Shown here: positions 1 to 12,960 of the stretch, one piece after another | How positions within the stretch are numbered: the stretch's first letter is position 1 | How the letters are laid out: each line of letters begins with the position of its first letter | NCBI RefSeq assembly: GCF_963921235.1 | Contig: NC_086097.1 | Span: 197,410,001 to 197,474,000, forward strand | DNA: 64,000 nt | Reading direction: 5' to 3' | Source of the DNA: Mobula hypostoma | Lineage: Eukaryota | Translations under genes and position numbers: made by a program | Notes under the pieces: generated by a model | The model's database searches: none | What the model saw: the letters and a program-made list of their open reading frames with translations, nothing else | What the model was told of the DNA's origin: nothing

Positions 1-7
1 AAGTCCA

Positions 8-64
8 CTCCTTCCTGGTGTCTATGACCTCTCCTTCCTGGTGTCTATGACCTCTCCTTTCTGG
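8..64. repeat. 23-bp tandem repeat (about 2.5 copies), probably inside an LTR-like fragment (1-~262) that truncates the adjacent Tc1
   Basis: CTCCTTCCTGGTGTCTATGACCT at 8-30 and 31-53, plus a partial third copy. The LTR assignment is a weak inference. Confidence 0.7.
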
Positions 65-262
65 CATCTTCTCTGTCCATCTCCCACCGAATAAAGGGCC
101 CAGATCACCTCGGTGTCAGGTACACAACAAAAAAACACACTCCCCTCATTGAACTACTCACGTTCCAAAGCACCCATAATCTCTAACCATAACCCAAATA
201 GTGCTTCTACAGAAAGACCATTACATTTGCAGTGAAACTGCACACACAACAACTATTGCCTG

Positions 263-1237
263 GGTGCTTCACCAGTTACAGCTTTATGGGAGAATGGCAA
301 AGACAAAGCCACTGTTGGGAAAAGAAACTCACATGAAATCTTAGCTCGAGTTTGCCAGAGGCATGTCGGAGACCCTGAACTCAGCTGGAAGAAGGTTCAA
401 TGGTCTGATAAAATGAAAATTGAGCTCTTTGGCCATCAGACTAAACACTATGTTTGGCACATCATCAAAAACATACCATTGCTACCGTGAAGCATGGTGG
501 TGGCTGCATCATGCTGTGGGGATGCTTCTCTGCAGGCTCTGGAAGGTTTGTGAAGGTAGAGGGTGAAGTAAATGCAGCAAAATACAGGGAAATCCTGGAG
601 GAAAACCTGATGCAACTGCAACTTGGTAGAAGATTTATTTTCCAGCAGGACAATGACCCCATGCATAAAGCCAAAGCAACACAGGAATGGTCTTGAACAA
701 CAACAACGATGATGAAGACTACGACGATGACGACTACGACGATGACAACTCAGGCCTCGGGGGCCAGCGTTGGGCAAATGGTTTTAAAACAACAAAATTA
801 ATGTCCTGGAGTGGCCAAGTCAGAGTCCAGATCTCAGTAAAACTGAGAATTGTGGCTGGGCTTGAAAAGGGCTGTTCACTCACAATCCCTATGCAATCTG
901 ACAGAGCTGGTGCAGACTTGTAAAGAAGAATGGGGACAAATTTGCGGTGTCCAGATGTGCAAAGCTGATAGAGACCTGTCCACGCAGGCTCAAGGCTGTA
1001 GTTGCTGCTAAAGGTGCATCTACTAAATATTGACTTGAATTGGGTGAATATTTATGCAATCAATTATTTTGTGTATTATAATTAATTTAGATCACTTTAT
1101 AGAGAGCTGTTTTCACTTTCACACGTCTTTTTCTGTTCATCAGTGTCAAAAAAGCCAAATTAAATCCATTGTGATGTAATGCTGTAAAACAATAGAACAT
1201 AAAAACTTCCAAGGCATTAAATATTTTATAGGCATTG
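263..1237 (+). mobile_element. Tc1-family DNA transposon, 3' half, decayed transposase
   Basis: ORF 454-696 (TVKHGGGCIMLWGCFS...FIFQQDNDPMHKAK) is a Tc1 DDE region, followed by a VLEWPSQSPDL motif. The right end TTTTATAGGCATTG is followed by TA at 1238-1239. Confidence 0.92.
704..776 (-). mobile_element. Very short retroposon 3'-end insert with a degenerate (GAC/GAT/AAC)n tail, inside the Tc1
   Basis: Interrupts the transposase and is flanked by an imperfect duplication (AATGGTCTTGAACAACAA 686-703; AATGGTTTTAAAACAACAA 777-795). Confidence 0.55.
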
Positions 1238-2559
1238 TATATTAAATTAAAGCATGCACGCGGGAAATGGGATTAATTTGTGCATTCACATTGCAGAGAG
1301 AGAGAGAGAACACTGCGCACGCGCAGACAACAGATTAATACGTAGAGCCAAGTTGGGGGTGGTGGTGGTCATCACACTAAGCGAAATGGATCCATACATT
1401 ACGTTCACCACACACACTGTCATGAAGTATACTTCAGATTATCCATTAAGTGTGATTGGATACATTTGGGCACAAACTAATGTGAGAAATTGAAATAATT
1501 TGATTAGCTTTTGCTTGAATCGTCAATCCTGTTTAGGAAACACATCAGCTTGAGGAAGGAGATGAAAGCTTCGGGACCTTAACAGCATGGATGTTTCTCT
1601 AACATCCTTTAAATTCTTCTGTCTACAATTGCGGATTGAAGCTGTCTCTCGTTGTGGTCTGCTCCAGAGTCTTTTCCACTGCACTGAAGTGAACTCCTAA
1701 TAATAGGGCTCCCAACACAGAAGCCAGACTCTTATCAATTAGATTGCTGTATGTTGTAAAAAGTAAAGCTGGGTTTTCTGGCTAATCAAAACTCTACTCT
1801 CTGCTATCCCAACCCTCCATGTCTCATACATACATCCTTTTGATATTCAGGACCTAATCTTGATTTCTGAATGCTCTTTATCATTTTGATACAAATGAAA
1901 ACCTGTCATTCCTAATAGGAATTGGCTCATTTATAAAGCTGACATTATAGTTGTGGAAAGGCACAAGTCAACTGTTGTTTTTGAAGACATGGGTAACACA
2001 CTAGAGATGGTAGAAAACTACAGATCAAGGGTGAATTAATAGCTGAAAGAAATTAGTAGGGGAAAAAAGTATTGGAAAACTTAATGGAACTGAGAGTTGA
2101 TTGAATGTCGTGAGACTATTTATTGCAATCTGTTTTTGAGGAGGTTGCTGTGGGACTAGTAAATACACTGGTTATCAACTTCCAAAATTCCTTTGATGCT
2201 AGCGTGGTTCCTACATTTTGGAAAGCAGGAGAATAAAACCCTACTATTTAAGAAAAGGGGCGGTGGGGGGGGGCGAATAAGTCGTCAACTTCAGACATGA
2301 TAATCATCCTTCTGTATGAGGGACAGTATTTTTAAGGAAGTAGATACTTGAATGCATTTTGAATCCTTTCAATGCTGTTATGAAGGGGAATTCATGCTTT
2401 ACAAGCCTACTATTAACAAACAGAATACATAAGTGTGTGATGCAATGGGTTTGGTTTATTTAAGCTTTCTGAAGGCCTTTTTATGTACCATCTAAGAGGT
2501 TGGTAAACAATCACATGGCTAGATGGACAGCAATTTTGTAAGGAAATACAAAAATTGTG

Positions 2560-5497
2560 TATTTTGATTTGGAGAATTCAGGAAGCAAAAGGTTGAGTAT
2601 GGTGGGACTAATGTTCTGAGTTGGGTAAATTTCAATGCAAGAAGTATTATCGGAATGGCAGATGAGCTGAGGGCATGGAACAACACATTGAATTATGATA
2701 TTGCAGGCATTAATGATGCTTGGGTGCAGGACTGACAAGACTGGCAACTGAATGTTTTGGGGTTCCATTGTTTCAGATGTGATACAGTGGGAGGGATTAA
2801 AGGGGGAAGGGTGGCATTACTAGTCAGGGAAAATATCATGGCAGTGCTCAGTCAGGACAGACTGGTGGCCTCATCTAGTGAGGCTTTATGGGTAGAACTG
2901 AGGAATAAGAAAGGTTATTGGGGCACATTAATGGGGCACTGTACACCCATGATTGTGTAGCCAAGTTTCCATCGAACTCAATATATAAGTTTGCTGATAA
3001 CACAACAATTGTAGGCCATATCTCAGATAATGATGAGTTTGAGTACAGAGAGGAAACTAAAAACCTGGTGGCATGGTACGAAGACAATAACCTATCCCTC
3101 AACTTCGCAAGATGAAGGAATTGGTTGTTGACTTCAGAAGGAGTAGCGGACCGCATGACCCCATTTACATCAGAGGTGCGCAAGTGGAACAGGTCAAAAA
3201 CTTTAAGTTCCTCGGGGTCAATATCACAAATGACCTGACTTGGACCAACTAAGCAGAGTCCACTGCCAAGAAGGCCCACCAGCGCCTATACTTCCTGAGA
3301 AAACTAAAGAAATTTAGCCTGTCCCCTAAAACCCTCACTAATTTTTATAGATGCACTGTAGAAAGCATTCTTCTAGGGTGCATCACAACCTGGTATGGAA
3401 GTTGTCCTGTCCAAGACCGGAGGAAGCTGCAGAAGATCGTGAACACGGCACAGCACATCACACAAACCAATCTTCCATCCTTGGACTCACTTTACACCAC
3501 GTGCTGTCGGAGCAGTGCTGCCAGGATAATCAAGGACACAACCCACCCAGCCAACACACTTTTCGTACCTCTTCCCTCCGGGAGAAGGCTCAGGAGCTTG
3601 AAGACTCGCACGGCCAGATTTGGGAACAGCTTCTTTCCAACTGTGATGAGACTGCTGAACGGATCCTGACCCGGATCTGGGCCGTACCCTCCAAATATCT
3701 GGACCTGCCTCTCAGTTTTTTTGCACAACCTTACTTTCCATTTTTCTATTTTCTATTTATGATTTATAATTTAAATTTTTAATATTTACTATTGATTTGT
3801 AATCCAGGGAGCGGGAAGGCCAGAATCAAATATCGCAATGATGATTGTATGTTCTAGTATCAATTGTTTGGCAACAATAAAGTATAAAGTATATTATAGA
3901 CCACCCAACCATCTGCAGGGTTTAGAGAAATAAATTTATCGAGGGATCGCAGATTGTTGCAAGAAACAGAAGGTTGTAATAGGGTAATTTTAACTTTCCA
4001 CATATTGACTGGGACTCCCATATTATAAAAGGACAAGATGGGATAGAATTTGTCAAATGTGTTCAGGAAAGTTTCCTTAATCAGTACATAGAAGTTCCAT
4101 TGTGAGAGTATGCAATATTTCATTTCCTATTTGGGAATGAGACAAGGCAGGTGACAGAAGTTTTTGTAGAAGAACATTTTGCATCTAGTGATCATAATGC
4201 CGTATGTTTCAAGGTAATTATGGAAAAGAATAGGCCTGGTCTGTATTTGAAATTATAAATTGGAGAAGGGCCAATTTTGATGGTATGAGAAAGGATCTGG
4301 CAAGTGTGGATTAGGACAAGCTATTTTCTGGCAAAAGTGTACTTGGTAAGTGGGAGGCCTTTAAAATTGAAATTTTGAGATTACAAAGTTTGTATGTGTC
4401 TGTCAGAAGAAAAGGTAAAGATAACTGGTTTAGGGAACCTTGGCTTTCAAGAGATATTGAGGCCTTAGTTCAGAAATAAAAGAAAATTTATGGCAGGTAT
4501 TGGCAGGTAGGACAAATGAAGTGCTATGGAATATAAGAAATGCAAGGGAACACTAAAGAAAGAAATCAGTAAGGAGAAAAGAAGGCATGAAGTTGCTCAA
4601 GCAGACAAGGTGAAGGAGAATCCTAAGAGCTTCTACAGATATGCTGAGAGCAAAAGGATTGCAAGGGACAAAATTGGTCCTCTGGAAGATCAGAATGGTA
4701 ATCTATGCATGGAGCAAAAAGAGACGGGGGAGATTGTAGATGGATTTTTTGCATCTGTATTTACTTGGGAGATGGACACAGAGTCTGTAGGAGTGAAGAG
4801 TACAGTGGAACAAAGTGATTTGGGAATACAGGTTCATTATTCATTGAAAGTGGCATCACAGATAGATAGGATTGCTAAGAAAGCTCTTGGTACGTTGTTC
4901 TTCAGAGATGGAAGTATTGAGTACAGGAGACGGGATGTTACATTGCAGTTCTATAAGACATTGGTGAGCTCTAATTTGGACTGTTGTGTGCAGTTTTGAA
5001 CACCTAGCTACAGGAAAGATGTAAAGAAGATTGAAAGAGTCTGGAGAAAATTTACAAGGATGATGTTGGAATTGAAGGACCTGAGTTACAAGGGAAGATT
5101 GAATAGGTTAGGACTTTATTCTCTAGAACGTAGAAGACTGAGGGGAGATTTGATAGAGGGATGCAAAATTGAGAGGGTACAGATGGGGGAAATGCAAGCA
5201 TACTTTTTCCACTGAGGTTAGATGAAACTGCTAGAGATCATGGGTTAAGGGTGAAAGGTGTAATGCTGAGGGGATTATCAGGGAAACTTGTTCACTCGGA
5301 GTGGTAAGAGTGTGGAAGGAGCTGCCAGTGAAGTGATGGAAGCGCTTTTGACTTGAACGTTTAAGAGAAGGTACATGGATAGTAGGGTAAGGAGGACTAT
5401 GGTTTAAATGCAGGTCAATGGGTCTAGGCAGTTTAAATGGTTTGGCATAGATGGGATGGGCCAAAGGGCCTGTTTCTGTGTTGCAGTTTTCTATGAC
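2560..5497 (+). mobile_element. CR1 LINE ORF2 remnant with internal deletion, split by a Rex1 insertion at ~2938-3889
   Basis: EN motifs GGRVALLVRENI and EALWVELRNKKG; KENPKSFYRY...IGPLEDQNG; CR1-type 3' end (GGGCCTGTTTCTGTG...CTATGACT). Confidence 0.88.
2938..3889 (+). mobile_element. Rex1/Babar LINE, 5'-truncated
   Basis: LYTHDC...IYKFADNTTIVGHIS and THPANTLFVPLPSGRRLRSLKTRTARFGNSFFP motifs; ends AATAAAGTATAAAGT. Confidence 0.9.
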
Positions 5498-5929
5498 TAA
5501 TTATTTTCAGCTGAGGTTTCTTGCCCTATTCAACTGCTTCCTTAAAGTAACAGATCTTTTCCCATTTTGCAGTAATTACACTACAAAGGTACATTTGTGA
5601 TTGTGATGCTTTTCGCAACTTGATGAGGTCATAGAGATATAATGCCAGTATGAAACTACCCCCCCCCCCCATATCATTATAATTTGGTCACTTCATAGTT
5701 TGGGAGAATTTCAATATTTTCTCCATTTAATCCTTATTAGAACTGTCTGTAAAAGGTTGTACGTAGTTTCATTCGTTCAATTTTTGTATTTTTAATAAAC
5801 TAGTTTTCAAATGTACTCTGAAATTGATAATAAATTGTATTATTTGCACCTAAGTGGTTAACTATTGGGGTAGTATACTGCATGGATTGAATATTGGTAA
5901 ACCGGACAGAAAACAGATTGAGGATAAAT

Positions 5930-6066
5930 TGAGCAGTCCTGACGAAGGGTCTCGGCCTGAAACGTCAACTGCTCCTCTTCCTAGAGATGCTGCCTGGCCT
6001 GCTGCGTTCACCAGCTACTTTTATGTGTGTTGCTTGAATTTCCAGCATCTGCAGAATTCCTGTTGT
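5930..6066 (+). mobile_element. Short Penelope-derived insert with a minimal hammerhead ribozyme motif
   Basis: 12-bp TSD TTGAGGATAAAT (5918-5929, 6067-6078). GAGCAGTC-CTGACGA-AGGGTCTCGGCCT-GAAA-CGTC-AACTGCTC at 5931-5974. Confidence 0.8.
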
Positions 6067-6344
6067 TTGAGGATAAATGGGTCACTTTCAGTTTAGAAGG
6101 GAGAGACTAATGGGGTGTTTCAAGGAGCTGGGATCCTAGGTGTTAACAATCTATAGTAATAATTTGGCTGAGGGAATTGTATAATATTTCTAGATGAGCT
6201 AAAGCTGTGATGTGGGGGGCTGGTGTGCACTGTGGACTTTCAGGAGAGTGCAAAGAAGTTTTCAGAAGCTTATGAATCGGTTAATCGAGTTTTGTAGTAA
6301 AAAGTCTTAGGTCATTCATTTTTGTAGGAAAGACTAGAAAGTGG

Positions 6345-7112
6345 AATATTTTGGGTGGATAATCCTTGGCATTATCATTTCAGAGGATCCATCCTGGGTC
6401 CAGCACATAAGAGCTATTACAAAGAAGGCATGGCAGCGCCTCTACTTTCTGAGATGAATCTTAGAAATTTTGTGCAGATTTGACGTGTCATCTAAAATTT
6501 TGACAAACCTCCAGAAAGATGAGCAGTGGAGAGTGTCCTGACTGGTTGCATCATGGCTGGTATGGAAACATCAATCCCTAAGAATGGAAAATCCCACAAA
6601 AAGTAGCGGATACAGCCCAGTCCATCACAGGAAAAGCCCTCCCCACCATTGAGGACATCTACAAGGAGCACGGCCACAAGACAGAAGCAAGGACCCCAAC
6701 ATCCAGACAATGCCTTATTTTCTCTGCTGCCATTGGGAAGGGGGTACAGGAGCCTTAGGTCCCACACTACCAAGTTCAAGAGCAGTTATTACCCTTCAAC
6801 CGTCAGGCTTCTGAATCAGTCTGGATAACCTCACTCACCTCAACACTGAACTGATTCCACAACCTATGAACTTACTTTCAAAGACTCTACAACTCATGTT
6901 CTTAGTATTTATTTGCTTGTTTTTTATTATTTTTTTTTTATTTGTATTTGCAGTTTGCACATTGGTTGTCAGTCTTTGTGTGTAGCTTTTCATTGATTCT
7001 ATTGAATATTTTATTCTGCTGTAAATGCCTGCAAGAAAATGAATCTCTGTATCGTATATTGTGACATCTATGTACTCTGAGAATAAATTTAATTTGTATT
7101 TTGAACTTTGAT
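6345..7112 (+). mobile_element. Rex1/Babar LINE 3' fragment
   Basis: Decayed C-terminal motif (ALFSLLPLGRGYRSLRSHTTKFKSSYYP) and 3' UTR ending AATAAATTT...TTTGAACTTTGA. Confidence 0.8.
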
Positions 7113-7405
7113 ACAATAGTTTTTAGATGAGAGATTAAATAGACTTGGAGATTTCATTGAAACTTAAAAAGCTGCTGCAAGGGTTGATAGGCGAAGGAGT
7201 TTTCCCTTGACTGACGAGCCTGGGGTCAGGGAGCATACTGAAAATTAGAAATGGAGAGGGCTGAGATGACTGGTCTTTGGCTTTAAATGTTAACTCAGTT
7301 TTGCTTTCCGGATGTGGTGTTTGAAACCATGTGTTCCGGCATTTTTCTGTTTCAATTTCAAATTTCCAGCATCTGCACTTGTTTAAATTTTAATTTACTG
7401 AGGAG

Positions 7406-7848
7406 TGTCATGGTTTCTCCTTTCTCACAAACGACAAGGAGAGGCAGAAAACCCGTCAAGGCGTTTTAAACTTTAATTTGCAAATCAAAGCTGAGACAAT
7501 CAGAAAGCTAGTAGCTGACTGCCCGTCGAGGCTTGTATACAGCATTTTTTATAGCAATTTTCCTATCTTCGCTACATTATCATATCCAGTTGACCTGTGA
7601 TTACTTATCATCAATATATCCGCTCTTGACTTTCCACTATTGTTTTACTTACCAACTTAATTATGTCCCAGTTTACATTTTAGACCATATGTCCTCTCAT
7701 CCCTAACCACAGTTATTTCTTAATTAGTCTTGCGTTGACATACTGCCACATATTTCATCACCTTACTCGCCACCGTTATCTTTCTACTTGGTTTCATTCT
7801 AGTTCTCTTCATGAATTAATAGTGAACAGGTCAAAAGTCATGGCTACA
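7406..7848 (-). mobile_element. Probable solo LTR
   Basis: Begins TGTCATG and ends CATGGCTACA. On the minus strand there is a TATA-like box (~7547) and ATTAAA (~7472). No clean TSD found. Confidence 0.45.
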
Positions 7849-8263
7849 TAGTGAATACCTTCTATTGAGCTAGCAGTGGTTACATAATAAATATAGAAAA
7901 TACAATGTGTGCATTTGAGTAAATACTGTAATACATAGAAAATACAGTGCATGCATTTGCATTTTCCAATAGGAGATGTTTTTCTTTCAGAATTTTTGGA
8001 ATACTCTACCCAAGCAGTTAGAGAGTCTTCATCATTCAATATAGTGAGAGATAAATTTCTGAACACAAAGGGAATTTGGAAATAGTGTGTAAGTGTTGGA
8101 AAATGAAATGAAAAACCATAAGATTAGTCTTATTCTTAATGGTAGAAGAATCTGAAAGAACCAGTTGGTTTAAACATTTATGCTCTTGTATACTGAATAG
8201 GAGGACTTCAGTTTATATGATTACAGATTGCAATTATAAAGGTTTTTTCAGTCTGTGGCATAG

Positions 8264-8303
8264 GCAGAGATTCTGAGAATCAATGAAAATTCAACGTTCT
8301 TTG
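8264..8303 (+). CDS. Candidate coding exon of unidentified host gene (AEILRINENSTFF, phase 0 to 1)
   Basis: ggcatag|GCAGAG...TTCTTTG|gtaagg with a strong donor, in unique sequence. Joins in frame to the 14057 exon (G+AT = Asp). Confidence 0.6.
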
Positions 8304-8489
8304 GTAAGGTTTTTCTCTTTCATAAATCAGTGTCTTGTAATTGAAACGTTCTCAATTCTGATTTCATTTAGCATCTGAGGAAATAAATTCTGCCTAATGA
8401 AATAAAAAGCTTGATTTTTTTTTAGACTTTTAAAGATTCTTTTCAGAAATAGAAATAAAGGTATTTATGTGCATATGAATCCTGGAAGA

Positions 8490-11085
8490 ATTCTGATTTA
8501 TCACCCAAAGATACACGTTTATTGAAAGGACAGGCAGGTAGGCAGAGGAGCTCTCATGACTCTGTTGAGTCATTGTGGGTCGAGTTAAGAAACTACAAGG
8601 ATAAAAGGACCTTGATGAGAATTACCTGTATATGTGGGACTCCGAACAGCAGCCAAGATGTGGGAAACAAATTACAACTGGAGTGGGAAAAAAAGCATGC
8701 AAAACAGGGGATATCATTATGCAGTTATACTGTGAAAATCGGCTTCTGTATCCCAAGAGAGGGAATTTATAGAATGTTTATGCGATGGCTTTTTAGAGTA
8801 GCTTGTGGTTGAGCCCCCTAGGGAAAAGGCAATTCTGGATTTGCTGTTGTGTAATGAATTGATTTGATTAGAGAACTTAAGGTAAAGGAACCATTTGGAG
8901 GCAGTGATCACAATGAGATGGAATTCACTCTACAGTTTGAGAGGGAGAAACTAAAGTCAGAAGTATCAGTTTTACAGTGGAATAAAGAATTACAGAGACT
9001 TGACAGAGGAGCTGGCCAAAGTTGATTGGAAGGGGACACAAACTGAGGAGACAGCAGAATGGCAATGGCTATGGAAGATGGGCAGGAGGCAGTGAGTGGG
9101 TATAAAGAGGGCCTTTTCTGTTTGGCTGCCAGTGACTAGTGTTCCTCAAGGGTCATTATTGGGTTTTCTACTTTTCACATTATATGTCATTTACTTGGAT
9201 AATGGAATTGATGGCTTTGTGGCAAAGTTTGCACATGATACAAAGATAGGTGGAAGGGTAGGTAGTGCTGAGGAAGCAACAGGACTAAGACAGATCGGAA
9301 GAATGGGCTAAAAAGTGACTGATGGAATACAGTGCTGGGAAATGTATGATAATGCCTTTTGGTAAAAGGAACAATAGTGCAGACCATTATCTAAATGCGG
9401 TGAAAGTTCAAACATCAGAGGCGCAGAGGTACTTGGGAGTCCTTGTGCAAGACTCCCAGAAGGTTAATTTATGGGGCAAGTCTGTGGTAAAGAAGACAAA
9501 TGCAATATTGGCATTTATTTCAAGGGAATAGAATATAAAAGCAAGGAAATAATGCCTGTGCCTTTCTAAGACACTAGTCAGGCTGCACTTGGAGTATTGT
9601 CAACAGTTTTGGGCCCCATATCTCAGAAGGGTTATGTTGTCATTGAGTCTAGAGGAAGTTCACGAGGATGATTCCGGTAATGAAGGAACTAACATATGAG
9701 AAGAATTTGACAGGTTTGGGCCTGTACTCACTGGAATTTAGAAGAATGTGGAGGGATCTCATTGAAAGCTACCAAATGTTGAAAGGATGAGATAGGGTGG
9801 ATGTGGAGAGGATGTTTCCTCTGGTGGGGTACCCAGAACTACAGGGCACAGCCTCAAAATTGAGGGGTGACCTTTTAGAGCAGAGGTAAGGAGGAATTTT
9901 TTTTTGCCATAAAGTAGTGAATCTGTGAAATGATCTGCAACGGACTGCAGTGGAGGGCAAGTCCGTGGATATATTTAAGGCAAAACTTGATCGTTTCTTG
10001 GATCGGTCAGGGCATCAAAGGATATGGTGAGAAGGCAGGTGTATGGGATTAAGTGGAATCTGGGATCAGTCATGATGGAATGGCAGGGCAGACTCGATGG
10101 GCTGAATAGTCTAATTCTGCTCCTATGTATTATGGTCTATGGACGACACCCCAGGATTCTGAATGGACTAATCCTGCTCCTATGTCTTATGGTCTATGGA
10201 CGACACCCCAGGATTCTGAAAGAGGTAGCTGAAGAGATTGTGGAGACATCAGTAATGACAATTAAAGAATCATTAGATTCTAGAATGGTTCTGGAAGACT
10301 GCAAAAATTGCAAATGTCACTCCACACTTTAGAAAGGCAAGGAGGCAGAAGAAAGTAAATTACCAGCCTGACTTCAGTAGTTGGGAAAATGTTGGAGTCT
10401 AAGAAAAGATGTGCTTGCATGGAGACTGACCAGAGGAGGTTCACGAGAATGATTCCGGGAATGTTAGGCTTAATACATGAGTATTTAATGGCTCTTGGCC
10501 TGTACTCGCTGGAATTTAGAAGAATAATGAGGGATCTTATTGAAAACTATAAATATTGAAAGACTTAGATAGAGTGGATGTTTCTTATAGTGGGTGATTT
10601 TAGGACCACAGGGCACAGGCTCAGATTAGAGGGATGTCCATTTAGAACAGGAATAAGGAGGAATTTCGTTAGCCAGAGGGTTTTGAATCTGTGGAATTTA
10701 TTGCCAAAGTGGCTATAGAGGCCAAGTCATTGGGTATATTGGAAGTCGAGGTTGATAAGTTCCTAATTTTTGCAGGGCCTCAAAGGTTATGTGGAGAAAA
10801 TCAGGAGAATTTGTTTAAGAGGGATAATACAGTAGATCAGCCATGATGGAAATACAGAGCAGACTCAATGGGCAGAATGGTCTAATTTTGCTCATTTGTC
10901 TTATAGTCTATCGTTAAGTAAAATTTGATTATGATTGCGATTAGATGGAAAACGTAATATTGGCAACAATGCATGCACAATTGATTTTCATGATCAGAGG
11001 AGTCCATGAGTTGTAATAGGCAGAAAATGGTTCGGCACAGCCAAGAAGGGCCAAAAGGCCTGTTTCTGTGCTGTAGTTTCTATGG
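8490..11085 (+). mobile_element. Cluster of several decayed CR1 LINE fragments
   Basis: SLWVELRNYK, SVPQGSLLG...KFAHDTKIGG and RHPRILKEVAEEIV motifs; CR1 3' ends at ~10140, ~10200, ~10910 and ~11085. Confidence 0.85.
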
Positions 11086-11139
11086 TTAATGTAGTCAGTT
11101 ACAACCCATTAAAAATATAAAATACTCTGCGGATGCTGG

Positions 11140-11340
11140 GGTCAAAGCAACACTTCATCAGGACTTAAGAAACAAGGACCGGAGAAAACTGGACTTCCTT
11201 CCCTCTGGTCTTGATGGAGGGTCTTGGCCTGAAACGTCAGCTGTGCTATTTTCCATAGACGCTGCCTGGCCTCCTTAGTACCTCCAGTATTTTGTGTGTT
11301 AGCTTGGATTTCCAGCATCTGCAGATTTTATCTTGTTTGT
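11140..11340 (+). mobile_element. Older Penelope-derived insert with a short inverted 5' part and a degenerate hammerhead motif
   Basis: CTGCGGATGCTGG is inverted relative to CCAGCATCTGCAG; degenerate core CTTGATGG-AGGGTCTTGGCCT-GAAACGTC at ~11210-11238. Confidence 0.65.
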
Positions 11341-12029
11341 TCATGTCAGGTTGGTTATTCCTTGATTACACTGGTAAAGGCTGCATCATAGCTTCTTATG
11401 GATGAGCAGAACGACACTAACGGCAACTTGAGTTTCTATTTTTATCTGTGCAAGTGCAAATGAAAGGATCTATTGCCAATTCCATTGCATAGAGCTGAAA
11501 ATTGTCAGTTTCCATGTCATTTAAAATCACACATTCAGGGGCAATGAAAATATGTTCACCTTGCTGAGAGGTTTCTCGTGACATTAGAATGGAGACAAAA
11601 GTGATGTTGGCTAAGATTAAGGTGATGATCTGTTCTTCAAAATTATGGAAGTGACCCAATTAAAACAAGAAAGAAAACTCATTTGAATGCACTTTTGTGA
11701 CATTGTGATACTTCAAAGTATTTTGCAGTTAGTCAAGTGTCTTTGCAAAGTAATTGTTTCATTGTGGGAAAAGACCAATTTGCTTCAGGGAGGTAGTTGA
11801 ATTCAAGCATCTTAATTTGCAATTCATTCTCTGAATGGAAACAGTTAGGTCTACTGTCTTGTATTTTTAAAAACACTAACTGTTGTGTAAACTGGCTATC
11901 CATGTTAATGTAACTTAATTCAGATCCTTTCTAAAAGTGGAATGTGAGTTAATGAATACTGCAGATGTGTACAACAATGATTCAACTGACCAGTGCTGTG
12001 GGGTATTAGTAATTTCCAGCATCTGCAAA

Positions 12030-12960
12030 AATTGGATTAGTAAGTATGCAGATACTGATAGGTGGAGTTGTGGATAATGAAGTAGGTTTTCAAAGTTTGT
12101 AGAGAGATTTAGGCCATTTAGGCCATTTAGAAGAGTGGGCTGAAAGATGGCAGATGGAGTTTAATGCTGATAAATGTGAGGTGCTACATTTTGGTAGGAC
12201 TAATCAAAATAGGATATACATGGTAAATGGTAAGGCACTGAAGAATGCAGTAGAACAGAGGGATCTAGGAATAATGGTGCATAGTTCCCTGAAGGTGGAA
12301 TCTCATGTGGATAGGGTGGTGAAGAAAGCCTTTGGTATGCTGGCCTTTATACATCAGAGCATTGAGTATAGGAGTTGGGATGTAATGTTGAAATTGTACA
12401 AGGCATTGGTAAGGCCAAATTTGGAGTATTGTGTACAGTTCTGGTCACCAAATTATAGGAAAGATGTCAACAAAATAGAGAGCGTACAGAGAAGATTTAC
12501 TAGAATGTTACCTGGGTTTCATCTCTTAAGTTCCAGAGAAAGGTTGAACAAGTTGGGACTTTATTCTTTGGAACGTAGAAGGTTGAGAGGGGACTTGATA
12601 GAGGTAGTTAAAATTATGAGGGGGATAGATGGAGTTGACATGGTTAGGCTTTTTCCATTGAGAGTAGGGGAGATTCAAACAAGAGGACATGAGTTGAGGG
12701 TTAAAGGGCAAAAGTTTAGGGGTAACATGAGGGGGAACTTCTTTACTCAGAGAGTGGAAGCTGTGTGGAACGAGCTTCCAGCAGAAGTGGTTGAGGCAGG
12801 TTTGATGTTGTCATTTAAAGTTAAATTGGATAGGTATATGGGCAGAAGAGGAATGGAGGATTAAGGGCTGAGTGAAGGTCGGTGGGAGTAAGCATTCAGC
12901 ACGGACTAGAAGGGCCGAGATGGTCTGTTTCCATGCTGTAATTGTTACATGGCTATATGG
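12030..12960 (+). mobile_element. Relatively young 5'-truncated CR1 LINE (ORF2 C-terminus open for 236 aa)
   Basis: ORF 12154-12864 (MEFNADKCEVLHFG...LVRPNLEYCVQFWSP...NFFTQRV); tail GTTACATGGCTATATGG. Confidence 0.93.

Noticed and set aside
697..749. DEDYDDDDYDDDN peptide resembling a FLAG tag
   Set aside because: It lacks the lysines of DYKDDDDK. It is a degenerate trinucleotide tail of a small insert with flanking duplication and no vector context.
12154..12864. Longest ORF (236 aa) as a host or domesticated gene
   Set aside because: It is the standard CR1 ORF2 C-terminus of a 5'-truncated copy with its tail intact; openness reflects youth.
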